A DNA stretch of 64,000 bases from Bacteroidia bacterium (lineage in GTDB: Bacteria > Bacteroidota > Bacteroidia > Bacteroidales > GCA-2748055), in assembly GCA_030639005.1 (NCBI GenBank), contig DAOWDN010000091.1, positions 15,110 through 79,109 on the forward strand, given 5' to 3'. The notes under the pieces were generated by a model. That model did not search any database. It was not told the origin of the DNA and was given only the letters and a program-made list of their open reading frames with translations. This document shows positions 39,018 to 49,484 of the stretch, piece after piece. The first letter of the stretch is position 1, and the number at the start of each line of letters is the position of its first letter. The translations under genes and the position numbers were made by a program.

Positions 39018-40142
39018 TCAAAGTTTTCCTTTGGTGGAGGGAAGTTTGTTGTTGTCCGGATCCAGTTTCACCGCATGGCCCACAGCCCTGGCAAATCCCT
39101 TGAATATGGCTTCAATCTTATGGTGTTCATTGTTGCCCGATGCCTTGATGTTCAGGTTGCATCTGGCCGCATCAGAGAAGCTCTTGAAAAAGTGGAAAAA
39201 CATCTCGGTGGGGACGTCACCTATCTTCTCTCTGTTGAATTCTACCTCCCATTCGATCCATGGCCTGCCCCCGAAGTCCACTGCCACAGTGACCAGGGAG
39301 TCGTCCATGGGCAGTACAAATGCGTATCTCTCAATGCCTCTCTTGTTTCCCAGTGCCTGCAGAAACGCTTCTCCCAGGACGATGGCAGTATCTTCAATGG
39401 TATGGTGTTCATCTACCTCCAGATCGCCCGTGACTTTCACCTCCAGGTCGAATCCACCGTGTTTTCCAAGCTGATCCAGCATGTGATCAAAAAAACCGAG
39501 CCCGGTAGAAATCCGGCTCCTGCCCTCTCCATCCAGGGAGAGATCAATATTGATCGCTGTTTCACCGGTCACCCTGCTCAAGCTTGCATTGCGTTGCTGT
39601 GAGCGGATAAAGCGGTAGATCTGGTCCCAGTCATTATTGATAAAAACGGTATGTTCCGACAGACCAACTGTCTCCAGTTCCTTCCGAACTCCCTCTTCGC
39701 CCAGGAAGATCGCCCTGGCTCCCAGGTTTCCCGCCAGTTCAATATCTGTCTTCCTGTCTCCGATCACAAATGAGTTTTCCAGGTCATAACCGCCCTTCAT
39801 GTATCCGGTAAGCATACCTGTCCGGGGCTTTCTGTTGGGAGAATTCTCTTCAGGCAGGGAGGGATCCATGTGAATCGCATCAAATTCCACCCCTTCGTTT
39901 CTGAATGCCTCCAGGAATTTTTCATGTGGAAGCCTGAAATCTTCTTCCGGAAAGGAATCGGTCCCCAGTCCGTCCTGGTTGCTGACCAGCACCAGTTCAA
40001 AGTCGGTATAATGTCTCAATTTGTATAGGTTCCTGAATACCCCGGGGAGATACTCCAGCTTCTCCAGCGAATCTACCTGGTAATCGCCGGCCGGCTCCCT
40101 GATCAGTGTACCGTCGCGATCGATAAATAAGACTTTTTTCAT
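39018..40142 (-). CDS. hisB: bifunctional histidinol-phosphatase / imidazoleglycerol-phosphate dehydratase
   Basis: 374 aa. The N-terminus is HAD-type (FIDRDGTLI) and the C-terminus is IGPD-type (..HHTIED.., ..NEHHKIEA..). Confidence 0.9.
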   Translation of the reverse strand: MKKVLFIDRDGTLIREPAGDYQVDSLEKLEYLPGVFRNLYKLRHYTDFELVLVSNQDGLGTDSFPEEDFRLPHEKFLEAFRNEGVEFDAIHMDPSLPEENSPNRKPRTGMLTGYMKGGYDLENSFVIGDRKTDIELAGNLGARAIFLGEEGVRKELETVGLSEHTVFINNDWDQIYRFIRSQQRNASLSRVTGETAINIDLSLDGEGRSRISTGLGFFDHMLDQLGKHGGFDLEVKVTGDLEVDEHHTIEDTAIVLGEAFLQALGNKRGIERYAFVLPMDDSLVTVAVDFGGRPWIEWEVEFNREKIGDVPTEMFFHFFKSFSDAARCNLNIKASGNNEHHKIEAIFKGFARAVGHAVKLDPDNNKLPSTKGKL

Positions 40143-41188
40143 GACGATCTGTATTTTCTGAGTGTTTCAATCAACAAGCGGTTCTCCTCCGGACTTCCCA
40201 CGGTGATCCGCAAACAACCTGCACAGAGCGGTACCGACGAACGATCCCTGACAATGATTCCCCTGTTCACCAGGAACTCATAGAGTCTGCCCGGATCTTC
40301 CACCTTCACCAGCAGAAAATTGGCATCGGAAGGAAACACCTCCAGGATCACATCCATCGATTTCAGTTGAACGGCCATGTTTTCCCGCTCTTCCAGGATC
40401 TCACTGACCCACCTCTCTGCTTGTTTTACATCACCCAGTCCGGCCAATGCCTCCTTCAGTGTCAGGGCATTGATGTTGTAAGGGTACTTCACCCCGGAGA
40501 GATATCGCACCAGGTCGGGATGAGCAAACAACATTCCCAGCCTGATCCCGGCCAGTCCCCACGCTTTGGAGAGTGTCTGCAACACCACCAGGTTCTGCTT
40601 CTCAGGCAGCAGGGAGAGCACTCCCTGTCCGCTGCTGAAATCGATATAAGCTTCATCCACCACCACCACACAGTTCACATTGTCGATGATTATTAACAGG
40701 GCGTCCCGATCCAGCGAGTTGGCAGTGGGATTGTTTGGAGAGCAGAGGAAGATCATCTTGGTGTTCCGGTCCACTGCTTCAAGTACCGCATGAGCATCGA
40801 GGCTGAAATCGTCCGTGAGCAAAACTGATCTCCGCTCTACATCGTTGATCTTTGCGCAGACACCATACATGCCATAGGTAGGATCCACTGTAATCACATT
40901 GTCTTTGCCGGGATCGCATAATACCCTGAATAACAAGTCGATACCCTCATCGCTTCCATTCCCCAGGAAGAGGTTCTCTATGGCTTGATCCTTGAGCCCG
41001 GCGATGGTCCGCTTCAATTCAAGCTGTCCCGGATCGGGGTACCTGTTCAAAGGTGTATTGTAGGGATTTTCATTGGCATCCAAAAAAACCGAAGCCGATC
41101 CTGAGAATTCATCACGGGCCGATGAATAGGGATCCAGTTCCAGGATATTCTCCCTTACCAGACTTTTAATATCAAACCGCCTTTTCAT
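40139..41188 (-). CDS. hisC: histidinol-phosphate aminotransferase
   Basis: 349 aa, class-II aminotransferase. ..[16 protein letters not shown].. supplies the pyridoxal-lysine context. Confidence 0.9.
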   Translation of the reverse strand: MKRRFDIKSLVRENILELDPYSSARDEFSGSASVFLDANENPYNTPLNRYPDPGQLELKRTIAGLKDQAIENLFLGNGSDEGIDLLFRVLCDPGKDNVITVDPTYGMYGVCAKINDVERRSVLLTDDFSLDAHAVLEAVDRNTKMIFLCSPNNPTANSLDRDALLIIIDNVNCVVVVDEAYIDFSSGQGVLSLLPEKQNLVVLQTLSKAWGLAGIRLGMLFAHPDLVRYLSGVKYPYNINALTLKEALAGLGDVKQAERWVSEILEERENMAVQLKSMDVILEVFPSDANFLLVKVEDPGRLYEFLVNRGIIVRDRSSVPLCAGCLRITVGSPEENRLLIETLRKYRSS

Positions 41189-42470
41189 CCCCAGTGTATT
41201 TTAACCTGATGGAAACCGCATTGCTGTGGGCCTGAAGCTGTTCAGCCTCTGCCATGGTCATGATGGCGTCTCCGATATTGTGCAGACCGTACCTGCTGAT
41301 CTCCTGGAAGGTAATCTTCTTGCAAAAACTATCCATATTCACCCCGCTGTAAGCGTGTGCCCATCCGTTGGTGGGAAGGGTGTGGTTGGTCCCGGAGGCG
41401 TAATCCCCGGCACTTTCAGGGGTATAATCGCCCAGGAACACCGATCCCGCATTGACCACCTGTTCGGCCAGCTCGGCAAAATTCTCCGTCACAATGATCA
41501 GGTGCTCGGGAGCATAATCGTTGACCATCTCGATCATCTCCTCCTGGTTTTTCAAGAGAATCAGCTTGCTGTTATTCAAAGCTTGAATTGCAATTTCTTT
41601 TCGGGGAAGGATCTCCAGCTGCTTCTGTAACTCCCCCTTTACCCGGTCGATCATTTCGTCCGAGTCGCAGATCAGCAGCACCTGGCTGTCAGGACCGTGC
41701 TCGGCCTGGGAGAGCAAATCTGAAGCAATGAATGCCGGATTAGAGGTGTGGTCGGCCAGTACCGCCAGTTCGGAGGGACCGGCAGGCATGTCAATGGCCA
41801 CAGTGTCCCGGCTTACCACCTGCTTGGCCATGGTCACGTACTGGTTACCCGGACCAAATATCTTATTTACTTTCGGAATGGTTTCGGTGCCATGGGCCAT
41901 GGCAGCAATGGCCTGCACCCCTCCCACTTTAAACACCCTGTGGATGCCCAGTAGCGAAGCAATATAGAGAATGGATGCACTCACTTTCCCGCTGCTGTCG
42001 GGCGGAGTACAAAGAATCACCTCCTGGCATCCTGCGATCTTTGCCGGGATCCCGAGCATCAGTACAGTCGATAGCAAAGGAGCCGACCCCCCGGGAATGT
42101 AAAGTCCCACTTTGCTGATTGGAACCGGTTTTTGCCAGCAGCGTACCCCGGCAGTGGTCACAGTGATTCCCTGCGGGTGTACCTGCTTCTTATGAAAGGT
42201 CTGGATGTTCCAGTGGGCCTCCTCAATGGCTTTTCTTAATTCGAGGCTCACCTCCTTTTCCGACGACCGGATCTCGTCCCGGGAGACTTCCAGCGATTCA
42301 GCATCGTATCCGTCAAACTCTCTGGTATAGGTTTTTACTGCACTGTCTCCGTTGGCAGCCACATCCTGAATGATAAGCTGAACCTGTTCTTCAAGGGTAT
42401 GGTGATTCAGTTCAGGTCTCTGAAGCAAGCCGGACCACTCATTTTTATCAGGATAACGAAGGATATTCAT
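41172..42470 (-). CDS. hisD: histidinol dehydrogenase
   Basis: MNILRYPDKNEW.. starts at ATG 42470. ..SQAEHGPDSQ.. and ..GDYASGTNHTLPT.. are present. Confidence 0.9.
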   Translation of the reverse strand: MNILRYPDKNEWSGLLQRPELNHHTLEEQVQLIIQDVAANGDSAVKTYTREFDGYDAESLEVSRDEIRSSEKEVSLELRKAIEEAHWNIQTFHKKQVHPQGITVTTAGVRCWQKPVPISKVGLYIPGGSAPLLSTVLMLGIPAKIAGCQEVILCTPPDSSGKVSASILYIASLLGIHRVFKVGGVQAIAAMAHGTETIPKVNKIFGPGNQYVTMAKQVVSRDTVAIDMPAGPSELAVLADHTSNPAFIASDLLSQAEHGPDSQVLLICDSDEMIDRVKGELQKQLEILPRKEIAIQALNNSKLILLKNQEEMIEMVNDYAPEHLIIVTENFAELAEQVVNAGSVFLGDYTPESAGDYASGTNHTLPTNGWAHAYSGVNMDSFCKKITFQEISRYGLHNIGDAIMTMAEAEQLQAHSNAVSIRLKYTGDEKAV

Positions 42471-42487
42471 CTCTTGTGGATTAAAGA

Positions 42488-43345
42488 TCAAACAATCATT
42501 TTTTCAATAGGAATCACCAGGATGCCCTGTGCACCCAGTTCTCTGAGGCGGTCAATGACCCCCCAGAACTCTTTTTCACTGAGAACCGAATGAACCGAGC
42601 TCCACCCCTCTTCGGCAAGGGGCATCACGGTGGGACTCTTCATGCCCGGTATGGTCTGAATGATCTGATCCAGCTTCTCATTGGGGGCATTCAGCAGGAT
42701 ATACTTGTTATTGGAAGCAGCCTTTACACTCCGTATCCTGAAGAGCAGATTGGCAAGAATGCTTTTTACACCCTCTTCCATGTTCCGGTTGGCAATGACC
42801 ACTGCTTCCGACCGCATGATGGTTTCCACCTCTTTCAAACCGTTGCTGATCAGGGTACTTCCCGAACTAACTATATCAAAGATGGCATCGGAAACCCCGA
42901 TGGACGGAGCCAGCTCCACCGACCCGCTTAACACATGAACATCAGCCTTTACCCCATGCTCTCCCAGGTATTTCGTCAGGATCACCGGGTAAGAGGTGGC
43001 GATCCTTCTGCCGTTCATATCCTCCAATCCTCCGTAATCTTCTGATTTGGGAATGGCAATGGAGAGCCTGCACCTCGAGTAACCAAGACGTTCGACCAGG
43101 TCCACGGCACACTCTTTCTCGGCGAATTCATTCTCCCCCACAATTCCTATGTGGGCCACTCCATCCTCCACATACTGAGGAATATCATCGTCGCGCAGGT
43201 AGATTACCTCCAGCGGAAAGGACTGTGCCACCGACCGCAACTTTCGGGATCCGTTGTTTAATGAGATCCCAGCCTCCTTAAGCAATTCAAGTGACTTTTC
43301 ACTGAGTCGGCCCGATTTCTGAATGGCTATTCTAAGTTTCTCCAT
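42488..43345 (-). CDS. hisG: ATP phosphoribosyltransferase (long form)
   Basis: MEKLRIAIQKSGRLSEKSLELL.. starts at ATG 43345. The upstream extension in the track is not supported. Confidence 0.9.
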   Translation of the reverse strand: MEKLRIAIQKSGRLSEKSLELLKEAGISLNNGSRKLRSVAQSFPLEVIYLRDDDIPQYVEDGVAHIGIVGENEFAEKECAVDLVERLGYSRCRLSIAIPKSEDYGGLEDMNGRRIATSYPVILTKYLGEHGVKADVHVLSGSVELAPSIGVSDAIFDIVSSGSTLISNGLKEVETIMRSEAVVIANRNMEEGVKSILANLLFRIRSVKAASNNKYILLNAPNEKLDQIIQTIPGMKSPTVMPLAEEGWSSVHSVLSEKEFWGVIDRLRELGAQGILVIPIEKMIV

Positions 43346-43362
43346 AATTCTTGTTATTAAAC

Positions 43363-43390
43363 AAAAAAAGGTCTGCAGTATCTGCAAACC
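43363..43390 (-). terminator. intrinsic terminator of the his leader (attenuator terminator)
   Basis: The minus-strand RNA is GGUUUGCAG-AUA-CUGCAGACC followed by U7 (8 Watson-Crick pairs plus one G.U). It ends 17 nt before the hisG ATG. Confidence 0.7.
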
Positions 43391-43420
43391 TAACAACAAC
43401 TCTTTTTGGATTACAATGTA

Positions 43421-43489
43421 CTACACAGGGTCCTGACCAATCACGTGGTGATGGTGATGATGAACACTATGCCTCCTGCAGATCCTCAT
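43421..43489 (-). CDS. hisL: his operon leader peptide MRICRRHSVHHHHHHVIGQDPV
   Basis: 22 codons plus stop, read manually. There are 7 His codons, 6 of them consecutive (CAT CAT CAC CAT CAC CAC). It lies between a terminator hairpin and the upstream intergenic DNA. Confidence 0.7.
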   Translation of the reverse strand: MRICRRHSVHHHHHHVIGQDPV

Positions 43490-43600
43490 GTCTTTAAAAT
43501 CTACTGCAATATTAGTTATTAAATTGATAACATCAAACCGAAAGGTTGAATAATTTATTGGTAAATACTCCGGTTTGCTTTCGAATCGATAGCTGAACGC

Positions 43601-44899
43601 CTAAATATCCTTCAGAAGGATGTTGGACGGAGATTCCCGGATGGAGTGAAGTAAATGCTCATGGATCCTGGTAATCCGGTTCAGCTCGTCTGTCTCTGTA
43701 ACCACCATCTGGTCACCCCCCATCAGCTCCATCTTGCTATAGATGTAGGCCACGGTGATCCTGTTGATGTCAGTCGCCGGCAGGTAGGAGCGGTCCTTGG
43801 GATTGTCGGCCGCCATCTCGGCCAGGATCCCCGCTTCCACCAGTTCATATACCAGGTCATTGACCAGCCTGATTGGAATCCCGAGTTCATGACTCAGTGT
43901 ATCGGTGCTCCACGGATCCCCGCCATCCTCGAAATTCTTGATGATTTGGTAGGAGATCAGCAGTGTCAGGATCCGTTTGTTGTTGTGACTCAGGTTCAGG
44001 GCATCCTCCTCGAACTCGTAGTTCTCAATGTTCTGATAAGCAAAAGAGATTTCGGCGCCCACCAGAACAATCAGCCAGGTGAACTGCAGCCATATCAGGA
44101 AAAGCGGGATCATGGCAATACTTCCGTAGAGGGTATTGAATCGCCAGACTCCGATCTGCAGGTCCGTGTATAGTGATTGAAATATCATGGCCACTGTACC
44201 TGCAAAAATCCCGGCAATCAGGGCATACTTGAACTTTACCTTGGTATTGGGCATAACGATGTAGACGATGGTAAAAAGCAGCCAGATCGAGACATAGGGC
44301 ACCGACTTGATCATCATGACAATCAGGGGCTTGAACAGCTCAAACTCGGTGGCAGCCGACTGGATCTTCACCATGAAACCTCCGGAAAGACCTATGGCAA
44401 AGGGGCTCAGTATCATGATGGCCAGGTAGTCCGAGAATTTTCTCATGGGGCTCCTCGCCTTGCGGATCTGCCAGATATCGTTAAAAGCGGCCTCAATATT
44501 ATTCAGTACCTGGATCACCGACCAGAAGAGGATCACACCACCTACTCCGGCAAGAATCCCTCCTTTGGTTTTGGAAAGCAGGCTGTCGACCGTTTCGGTA
44601 AGCCATTTCATGATATCTTGCTGACCCTGCATGTTGTTGTTGATCGCTTCATGCATGCGGTCCTCGAAGCCGAAATTACGTGCAATGGCAAAGGCTATTG
44701 CAAAAATGGGCACAATGGAGAGCATGGTAAAGTAGGTAAGGGCGGCGGCCTTGACTGCAGCCCTGTCCTCGAAGAAACCTTTGAAGGCAAGAATATAAAT
44801 CCTTGATTGCCTGATCAAAAAGGTTTTTCGACGCGATTTGGAAGTGAGATCGTGCGACCAGATCTCCTCCTTGAAGAAAATTCTGAGTCTCTTAAGCAT
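43601..44899 (-). CDS. YihY/BrkB family membrane protein with C-terminal soluble (winged-helix-like) domain
   Basis: MLKRLRIFFKEEIWSHDL.. starts at ATG 44899. ..AAALTYFTMLSIVP.. is present. The protein is polytopic. Confidence 0.75.
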   Translation of the reverse strand: MLKRLRIFFKEEIWSHDLTSKSRRKTFLIRQSRIYILAFKGFFEDRAAVKAAALTYFTMLSIVPIFAIAFAIARNFGFEDRMHEAINNNMQGQQDIMKWLTETVDSLLSKTKGGILAGVGGVILFWSVIQVLNNIEAAFNDIWQIRKARSPMRKFSDYLAIMILSPFAIGLSGGFMVKIQSAATEFELFKPLIVMMIKSVPYVSIWLLFTIVYIVMPNTKVKFKYALIAGIFAGTVAMIFQSLYTDLQIGVWRFNTLYGSIAMIPLFLIWLQFTWLIVLVGAEISFAYQNIENYEFEEDALNLSHNNKRILTLLISYQIIKNFEDGGDPWSTDTLSHELGIPIRLVNDLVYELVEAGILAEMAADNPKDRSYLPATDINRITVAYIYSKMELMGGDQMVVTETDELNRITRIHEHLLHSIRESPSNILLKDI

Positions 44900-44982
44900 A
44901 CCGTAGCCTTTAGCCAAACAAATATAATAAACTTGCACAAAGGATTGGGGAAAAACTATCTTTGCACCAAAATGCACACCCT

Positions 44983-45591
44983 ATGGCTACTATCAAAGAG
45001 AGATTGATTAAATGGAAAGAGACGCGGAGCGTTTGGCAAAAAGTAACCGACATTCTGTTCTGGTTGCTGCTGATCCTGCTGATTGTTCCGGGTCCCCGAA
45101 AAATTATCGCAACAGGAGTAAATAAAGTATTTCTACAGGTGAAAACTCCTGGCCTGGAGAATGAGGAGAACCAGGAAATGATCTCGGACCTGGATTACGG
45201 CTGGGTGCTTGCCTGGGACCAAAATGAACCATTCTATTTCAGCAATACCAGGGATGAGGTGGTCTTCCTGAATTTCTGGGCCACCTGGTGCCCCCCCTGT
45301 GTGGCTGAAATGCCGGAAATCCAGAAGTTGTATGAGAAATATGGCGACAGGGTGGTTTTCATGCTGGTGACCAATGAATCGCCCGAGGTGGTGAAAGCTT
45401 TTATGGAGAAGCACGGATACGTAATGCCGGTGTTCTATATGGGTACTGAACCTCCCCAGGCCCTGGCTCACACTTCGCTACCCACCACATTCATTCTCTC
45501 GAGAGATGGAAAAGTGGTGACCCGCAAGAAAGGTGCGGCCAAGTGGAACTCCAGGGCCACCGAAAAGATCTTCGAAGGGCTTCTTAAGTAG
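44983..45591 (+). CDS. TlpA/ResA-like thiol:disulfide oxidoreductase (membrane anchored thioredoxin fold)
   Basis: MATIKERL.. is followed by a TM segment and ..FLNFWATWCPPCVAEMPE.. . Confidence 0.85.
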   Translation: MATIKERLIKWKETRSVWQKVTDILFWLLLILLIVPGPRKIIATGVNKVFLQVKTPGLENEENQEMISDLDYGWVLAWDQNEPFYFSNTRDEVVFLNFWATWCPPCVAEMPEIQKLYEKYGDRVVFMLVTNESPEVVKAFMEKHGYVMPVFYMGTEPPQALAHTSLPTTFILSRDGKVVTRKKGAAKWNSRATEKIFEGLLK

Positions 45592-46702
45592 TTTTCCGGT
45601 AGTTGGTTACTGCCAGGGTAAGAATCACCACCGCATAAATACTCAGGCTGAAAAATTCACGGCTGATGTCCCGGAATTCTGAACCCTTCAGCAGAATCAT
45701 GCGGATCACCTTCATGAAATAGGCTGCCGGATTCAACAGGTTGATCTTCTGTGCCCACCCTGGCATGCTGTCTGTGGGGGTAAATACCCCGCTCATCAGG
45801 ATAAATGTGATCATAAAGAAGAACGCCATGAACATCAGCTGCTGCTGGGTATTGGAAATGGTCGAAAGAAAGAGTCCGATCCCGAGTACCACAAAAAGGT
45901 AGACGCTGGTAAAGAGGAAAAGCAATCCCAGGCTGCCTTCCATCGGCAGATTGTACAAGAGCCGGCCGATGACCAGGCCAAATGCCAGTTCAAACAGGGC
46001 AATGACCCAGAAGGGCAACAGTTTGGCCACTAAAAACTGATACTTCCGGATAGGTGTTACATTGATCTGCTCTGTGGTCCCCATCTCCTTCTCCCTCACC
46101 AGGTTCAAAGCAGTTAGCATCATCCCTATGAGGGTCACCAGGATCACCAGGATCCCCGAAAACATGTAGATTTTGTAATCGAGCAGCGGATTGTACCAGT
46201 ATTTGGGAATGATTTCCAGGGTGGTCATACCACCAGAGTCATCCAGTCCGAACCACTCGGCCCTTACCTGGCTGTTATACTCTGCGATAATCTGGGTACA
46301 ATAGGCATTGATCAGTCCCGCTTCTGTGGCATTGATGGCATTGATCACAAGTTGAAGATCGGTCTCCTGCTCGCTGTAGAGCCTTTTTTCGAAATGGTGC
46401 TGAACATGCAGGATCACATCCACCTTATCGCGCGTCAGCATCCTGACCGCTTCCTGGTAATCATTGGTGGTCAGGCTGATATCAAAGAAGGGCGATCCGG
46501 TGAATTCGGAGACCAGCAAGCGCGACGCCTGGGAGTAATCCTGGTCAACCACAGCCATTTTTATGCCTTTCATCTCCAGGCTGGCTGCATAGGTAAGCAC
46601 GATCATCTGAACCACAGGAACCACAAAAATGACCGGAATCATAAACTTGTTCCTGAAGATCTGCTTAAACTCTTTGACCAGTAATGTGATTAGTATCCTC
46701 AT
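45584..46702 (-). CDS. ABC-2 type transporter permease (YbhR/YbhS-like)
   Basis: 372 aa with an N-terminal TM, a large loop, and a C-terminal 5-TM ABC-2 pattern. Confidence 0.8.
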   Translation of the reverse strand: MRILITLLVKEFKQIFRNKFMIPVIFVVPVVQMIVLTYAASLEMKGIKMAVVDQDYSQASRLLVSEFTGSPFFDISLTTNDYQEAVRMLTRDKVDVILHVQHHFEKRLYSEQETDLQLVINAINATEAGLINAYCTQIIAEYNSQVRAEWFGLDDSGGMTTLEIIPKYWYNPLLDYKIYMFSGILVILVTLIGMMLTALNLVREKEMGTTEQINVTPIRKYQFLVAKLLPFWVIALFELAFGLVIGRLLYNLPMEGSLGLLFLFTSVYLFVVLGIGLFLSTISNTQQQLMFMAFFFMITFILMSGVFTPTDSMPGWAQKINLLNPAAYFMKVIRMILLKGSEFRDISREFFSLSIYAVVILTLAVTNYRKTT

Positions 46703-46714
46703 TCCTATGTGGCT

Positions 46715-47821
46715 TTATTGCAGCCTGATTTTAAACCGTTTTACTGCCGCCAGGATAAAAAACAGGGTCATTCCCAACAGGATCAGGGTCTCTTTCCAGA
46801 TAAATGCAAACCCGGTTCCCTTCAGCATGATGTTCTTTACAATGACAATAAACCAGCGGGCGGGCATAATGGCAGAGAACCATTGAAGCACCTTTGGCAT
46901 GTTGTCAATGGGAAAGATAAAGCCTGAAAGCAGGATGGTGGGAAGCATCAGTCCCAGCAAGCTCATTACCATGGCCACCTGCTGGGTCTTTGCACTGGTG
47001 GAGATCAACACCCCCAGTGAAAGTGCCAGGGTAATATAGAGCATGCACTCCAGCATAAGCAACCAGATACTTCCCACTACCGGTACATGAAATACCAGGT
47101 TGCCCAGGACAACAATGGTCATGGCATTCACAAAGGATAGCAATACATAGGGAGTCACCTTCCCCAGGATGATCTCCCTGGGTTTCAGTGGCGAGGCCAG
47201 CAGCAGTTCCATGGTTCCGAACTCCTTTTCACGTGTGATGGTTACAGAGGTCATCAGCGCACAAATCAGCATCAGGATCAATGCCATCAGTCCCGGCACA
47301 AACATATAGGCCCCTTTCATCTCTTCGTTGTAGAACATCCTCGAATGCAGGTTCACCGACCACGGAACATTTATATTCTGGTTGAGGGACTGAAAATAGT
47401 TCATCAACACTCCCTGCAGATAAGTCTGGGCCAGCTGTGCCGAGTTGGCATCCGATGCATCTGTTATCAGTTTTATGGCAGCCCCTTTCTCGGTTTGAAG
47501 GTGTTTCTGAAAACCAGCTTCAAATACCACCACCACCTTTGCCCTGCCGCTTCGGAAAAGTTCTCCGATCTCCTCCTCCCTTTCCAGGTAGCCTGCCGGC
47601 ACAAAATAGCCGGAAGAGAATATTTTCTGGGTGGCCCGGATGGAAGCCTGATCCATGGAACGGTCCCAGATGCCCACCTCCACATCCCTGATCTCAGTGG
47701 TTACCACGTAACCGAAAAGAACAATCATCACGATGGGAAGCCCGAAAAGAATCACCAGTGTCCTCACATCCCGGAAAATGTGCTGAAACTCCTTCTTTAC
47801 AAATCCAAGAAACCTGTTCAC
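46715..47821 (-). CDS. ABC-2 type transporter permease (YbhS/YbhR-like)
   Basis: 368 aa, paralogous to 45584-46702. The GTG start overlaps the upstream stop (GTGA). Confidence 0.8.
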   Translation of the reverse strand: MNRFLGFVKKEFQHIFRDVRTLVILFGLPIVMIVLFGYVVTTEIRDVEVGIWDRSMDQASIRATQKIFSSGYFVPAGYLEREEEIGELFRSGRAKVVVVFEAGFQKHLQTEKGAAIKLITDASDANSAQLAQTYLQGVLMNYFQSLNQNINVPWSVNLHSRMFYNEEMKGAYMFVPGLMALILMLICALMTSVTITREKEFGTMELLLASPLKPREIILGKVTPYVLLSFVNAMTIVVLGNLVFHVPVVGSIWLLMLECMLYITLALSLGVLISTSAKTQQVAMVMSLLGLMLPTILLSGFIFPIDNMPKVLQWFSAIMPARWFIVIVKNIMLKGTGFAFIWKETLILLGMTLFFILAAVKRFKIRLQ

Positions 47822-48552
47822 GACCTTGCCAGTTTTAGGAACACCTCTTTCATGTTCTTCGATTCATACTGCTGCTTTAATGAAGCCGGGGTATCCAATG
47901 CTTCGATGCGTCCGTCCACCATGATCGAAACGCGGTCGCAATACTCGGCCTCATCCATATAGTGGGTTGTGACAAATGCGGTAATACCTTCCAGGGTGGC
48001 ATCGTGTATCATCTCCCAGAATTGTCGCCTGGTGATGGGATCTACTCCACCTGTTGGTTCATCCAGGAAAACAATGGCAGGTTTGTGAAAAATGGCCACA
48101 GAAAAAGCCAGTTTCTGCTTCCATCCCAGAGGGATATCCCGAATCAGCTTATTGCGAATATGCGACAAATCCAGTCGCTTCAGCAACTGCTGTTCTCTGC
48201 TGGAGATCTCTCTCCTTCCCAGCCGGTAGATCCCTGCATATAGCCTGATATTCTCCGACAATGTAAGATCCTCATAGAGAGAAAATTTCTGGGACATGTA
48301 CCCTATTTTGCGTTTGATCTTTTCCCGTTCATTATATACATTGTGACCAGCAACCATGATCTCCCCCGACGTTGGGTAGGAAAGGCCGCAAAGGATTCTG
48401 ATGGCGGTGGTTTTCCCGGCGCCATTGGCCCCCAGGAATCCGAAAATCTCCCCCCTTTCCACATGAAAGGTGAGCCGGTCATTGGCCACAAAAGAGCCAA
48501 ACTTCTTAACCATTTCCTTCACCTCGATAATATGTTCCGGTGCTGTGGTCAT
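47818..48552 (-). CDS. ABC transporter ATP-binding protein
   Basis: MTTAPEHIIEVKEMVKKFG.. starts at ATG 48552 (ATGA overlap). Walker A is GANGAGKTT, the signature is LSLGWKQKL-type, and Walker B is FLDEPT. Confidence 0.9.
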   Translation of the reverse strand: MTTAPEHIIEVKEMVKKFGSFVANDRLTFHVERGEIFGFLGANGAGKTTAIRILCGLSYPTSGEIMVAGHNVYNEREKIKRKIGYMSQKFSLYEDLTLSENIRLYAGIYRLGRREISSREQQLLKRLDLSHIRNKLIRDIPLGWKQKLAFSVAIFHKPAIVFLDEPTGGVDPITRRQFWEMIHDATLEGITAFVTTHYMDEAEYCDRVSIMVDGRIEALDTPASLKQQYESKNMKEVFLKLARS

Positions 48553-49463
48553 ATTTCCTCCTCCTTTAGCAACTCCATAAACCGGTCCTCGATGGTGGGT
48601 ACTATGGATTTCCACTCTAAGGAATCATCTGCCCATTCCCGGATTGCTGACTGTACCTGGTTTACATCAGCAGCCGAACGAAGAGTCACATGCAACTCAT
48701 CTCCAAAGAGCCAGACATGCCGGCACCCCTCCATCTTACGAAGCTGGTCGAGGTAAGCATAGACCCCTTTGTTGCTGCGCAGTGAAAACAGCCGGGCATC
48801 ACTTCCATCTGCAAGAGAAGCAGGATCGGAGATGGCCATAAGGTTTCCCTTTTGAATCAGCCCTACCCGGTCGCACATCTCTGCCTCATCCATGTAGGGG
48901 GTAGAAACCACAATGGTAATACCCTCTCCCTGGATCTTCTTTAACATATCCCAGAATTCGCGTCGGCTTACTGCATCCACACCGGTGGTGGGTTCATCCA
49001 GGATCAATACCCTGGGCCGGTGGATCAGGGCACAGGAGAGGGCCAGTTTCTGCTTCATCCCGCCGGACAATTTCCCCGCCAGACGCTTTCTGAAAGGGGC
49101 TATCTGGTCGTACACATCCCTGATCAGGTCGTAATTCTCCTTTACCGTGGTTCCAAATACCCTGGCATAGAAAGCCAGGTTCTCCTCCACCGACAGATCC
49201 ATATAGAGCGAAAAACGACCCGGCATATAACCTATGATCTGTCTTACTTCACGGTACTCCTTTACCACATCATGTCCCAGCATGGTACATCGGCCCGAAT
49301 CGGGAATCAGCAGGGAAGCCATGATGCGGAACAGGGTCGATTTTCCGGCTCCGTCCGGACCTATCAATCCAAACAGCTCTCCCTCCTGCACCTCAAGGTT
49401 CACCTGCCTGAGTGCCTGAACGGTCTCAAAAGATTTATCGATATGGTCTAGAATCAATGACAT
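48549..49463 (-). CDS. ABC transporter ATP-binding protein
   Basis: 304 aa. GPDGAGKST, LSGGMKQKL and ILDEPTTGVD are present. Confidence 0.9.
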   Translation of the reverse strand: MSLILDHIDKSFETVQALRQVNLEVQEGELFGLIGPDGAGKSTLFRIMASLLIPDSGRCTMLGHDVVKEYREVRQIIGYMPGRFSLYMDLSVEENLAFYARVFGTTVKENYDLIRDVYDQIAPFRKRLAGKLSGGMKQKLALSCALIHRPRVLILDEPTTGVDAVSRREFWDMLKKIQGEGITIVVSTPYMDEAEMCDRVGLIQKGNLMAISDPASLADGSDARLFSLRSNKGVYAYLDQLRKMEGCRHVWLFGDELHVTLRSAADVNQVQSAIREWADDSLEWKSIVPTIEDRFMELLKEEEI

Positions 49464-49484
49464 AGGGATATCAGATGCGCGCTA

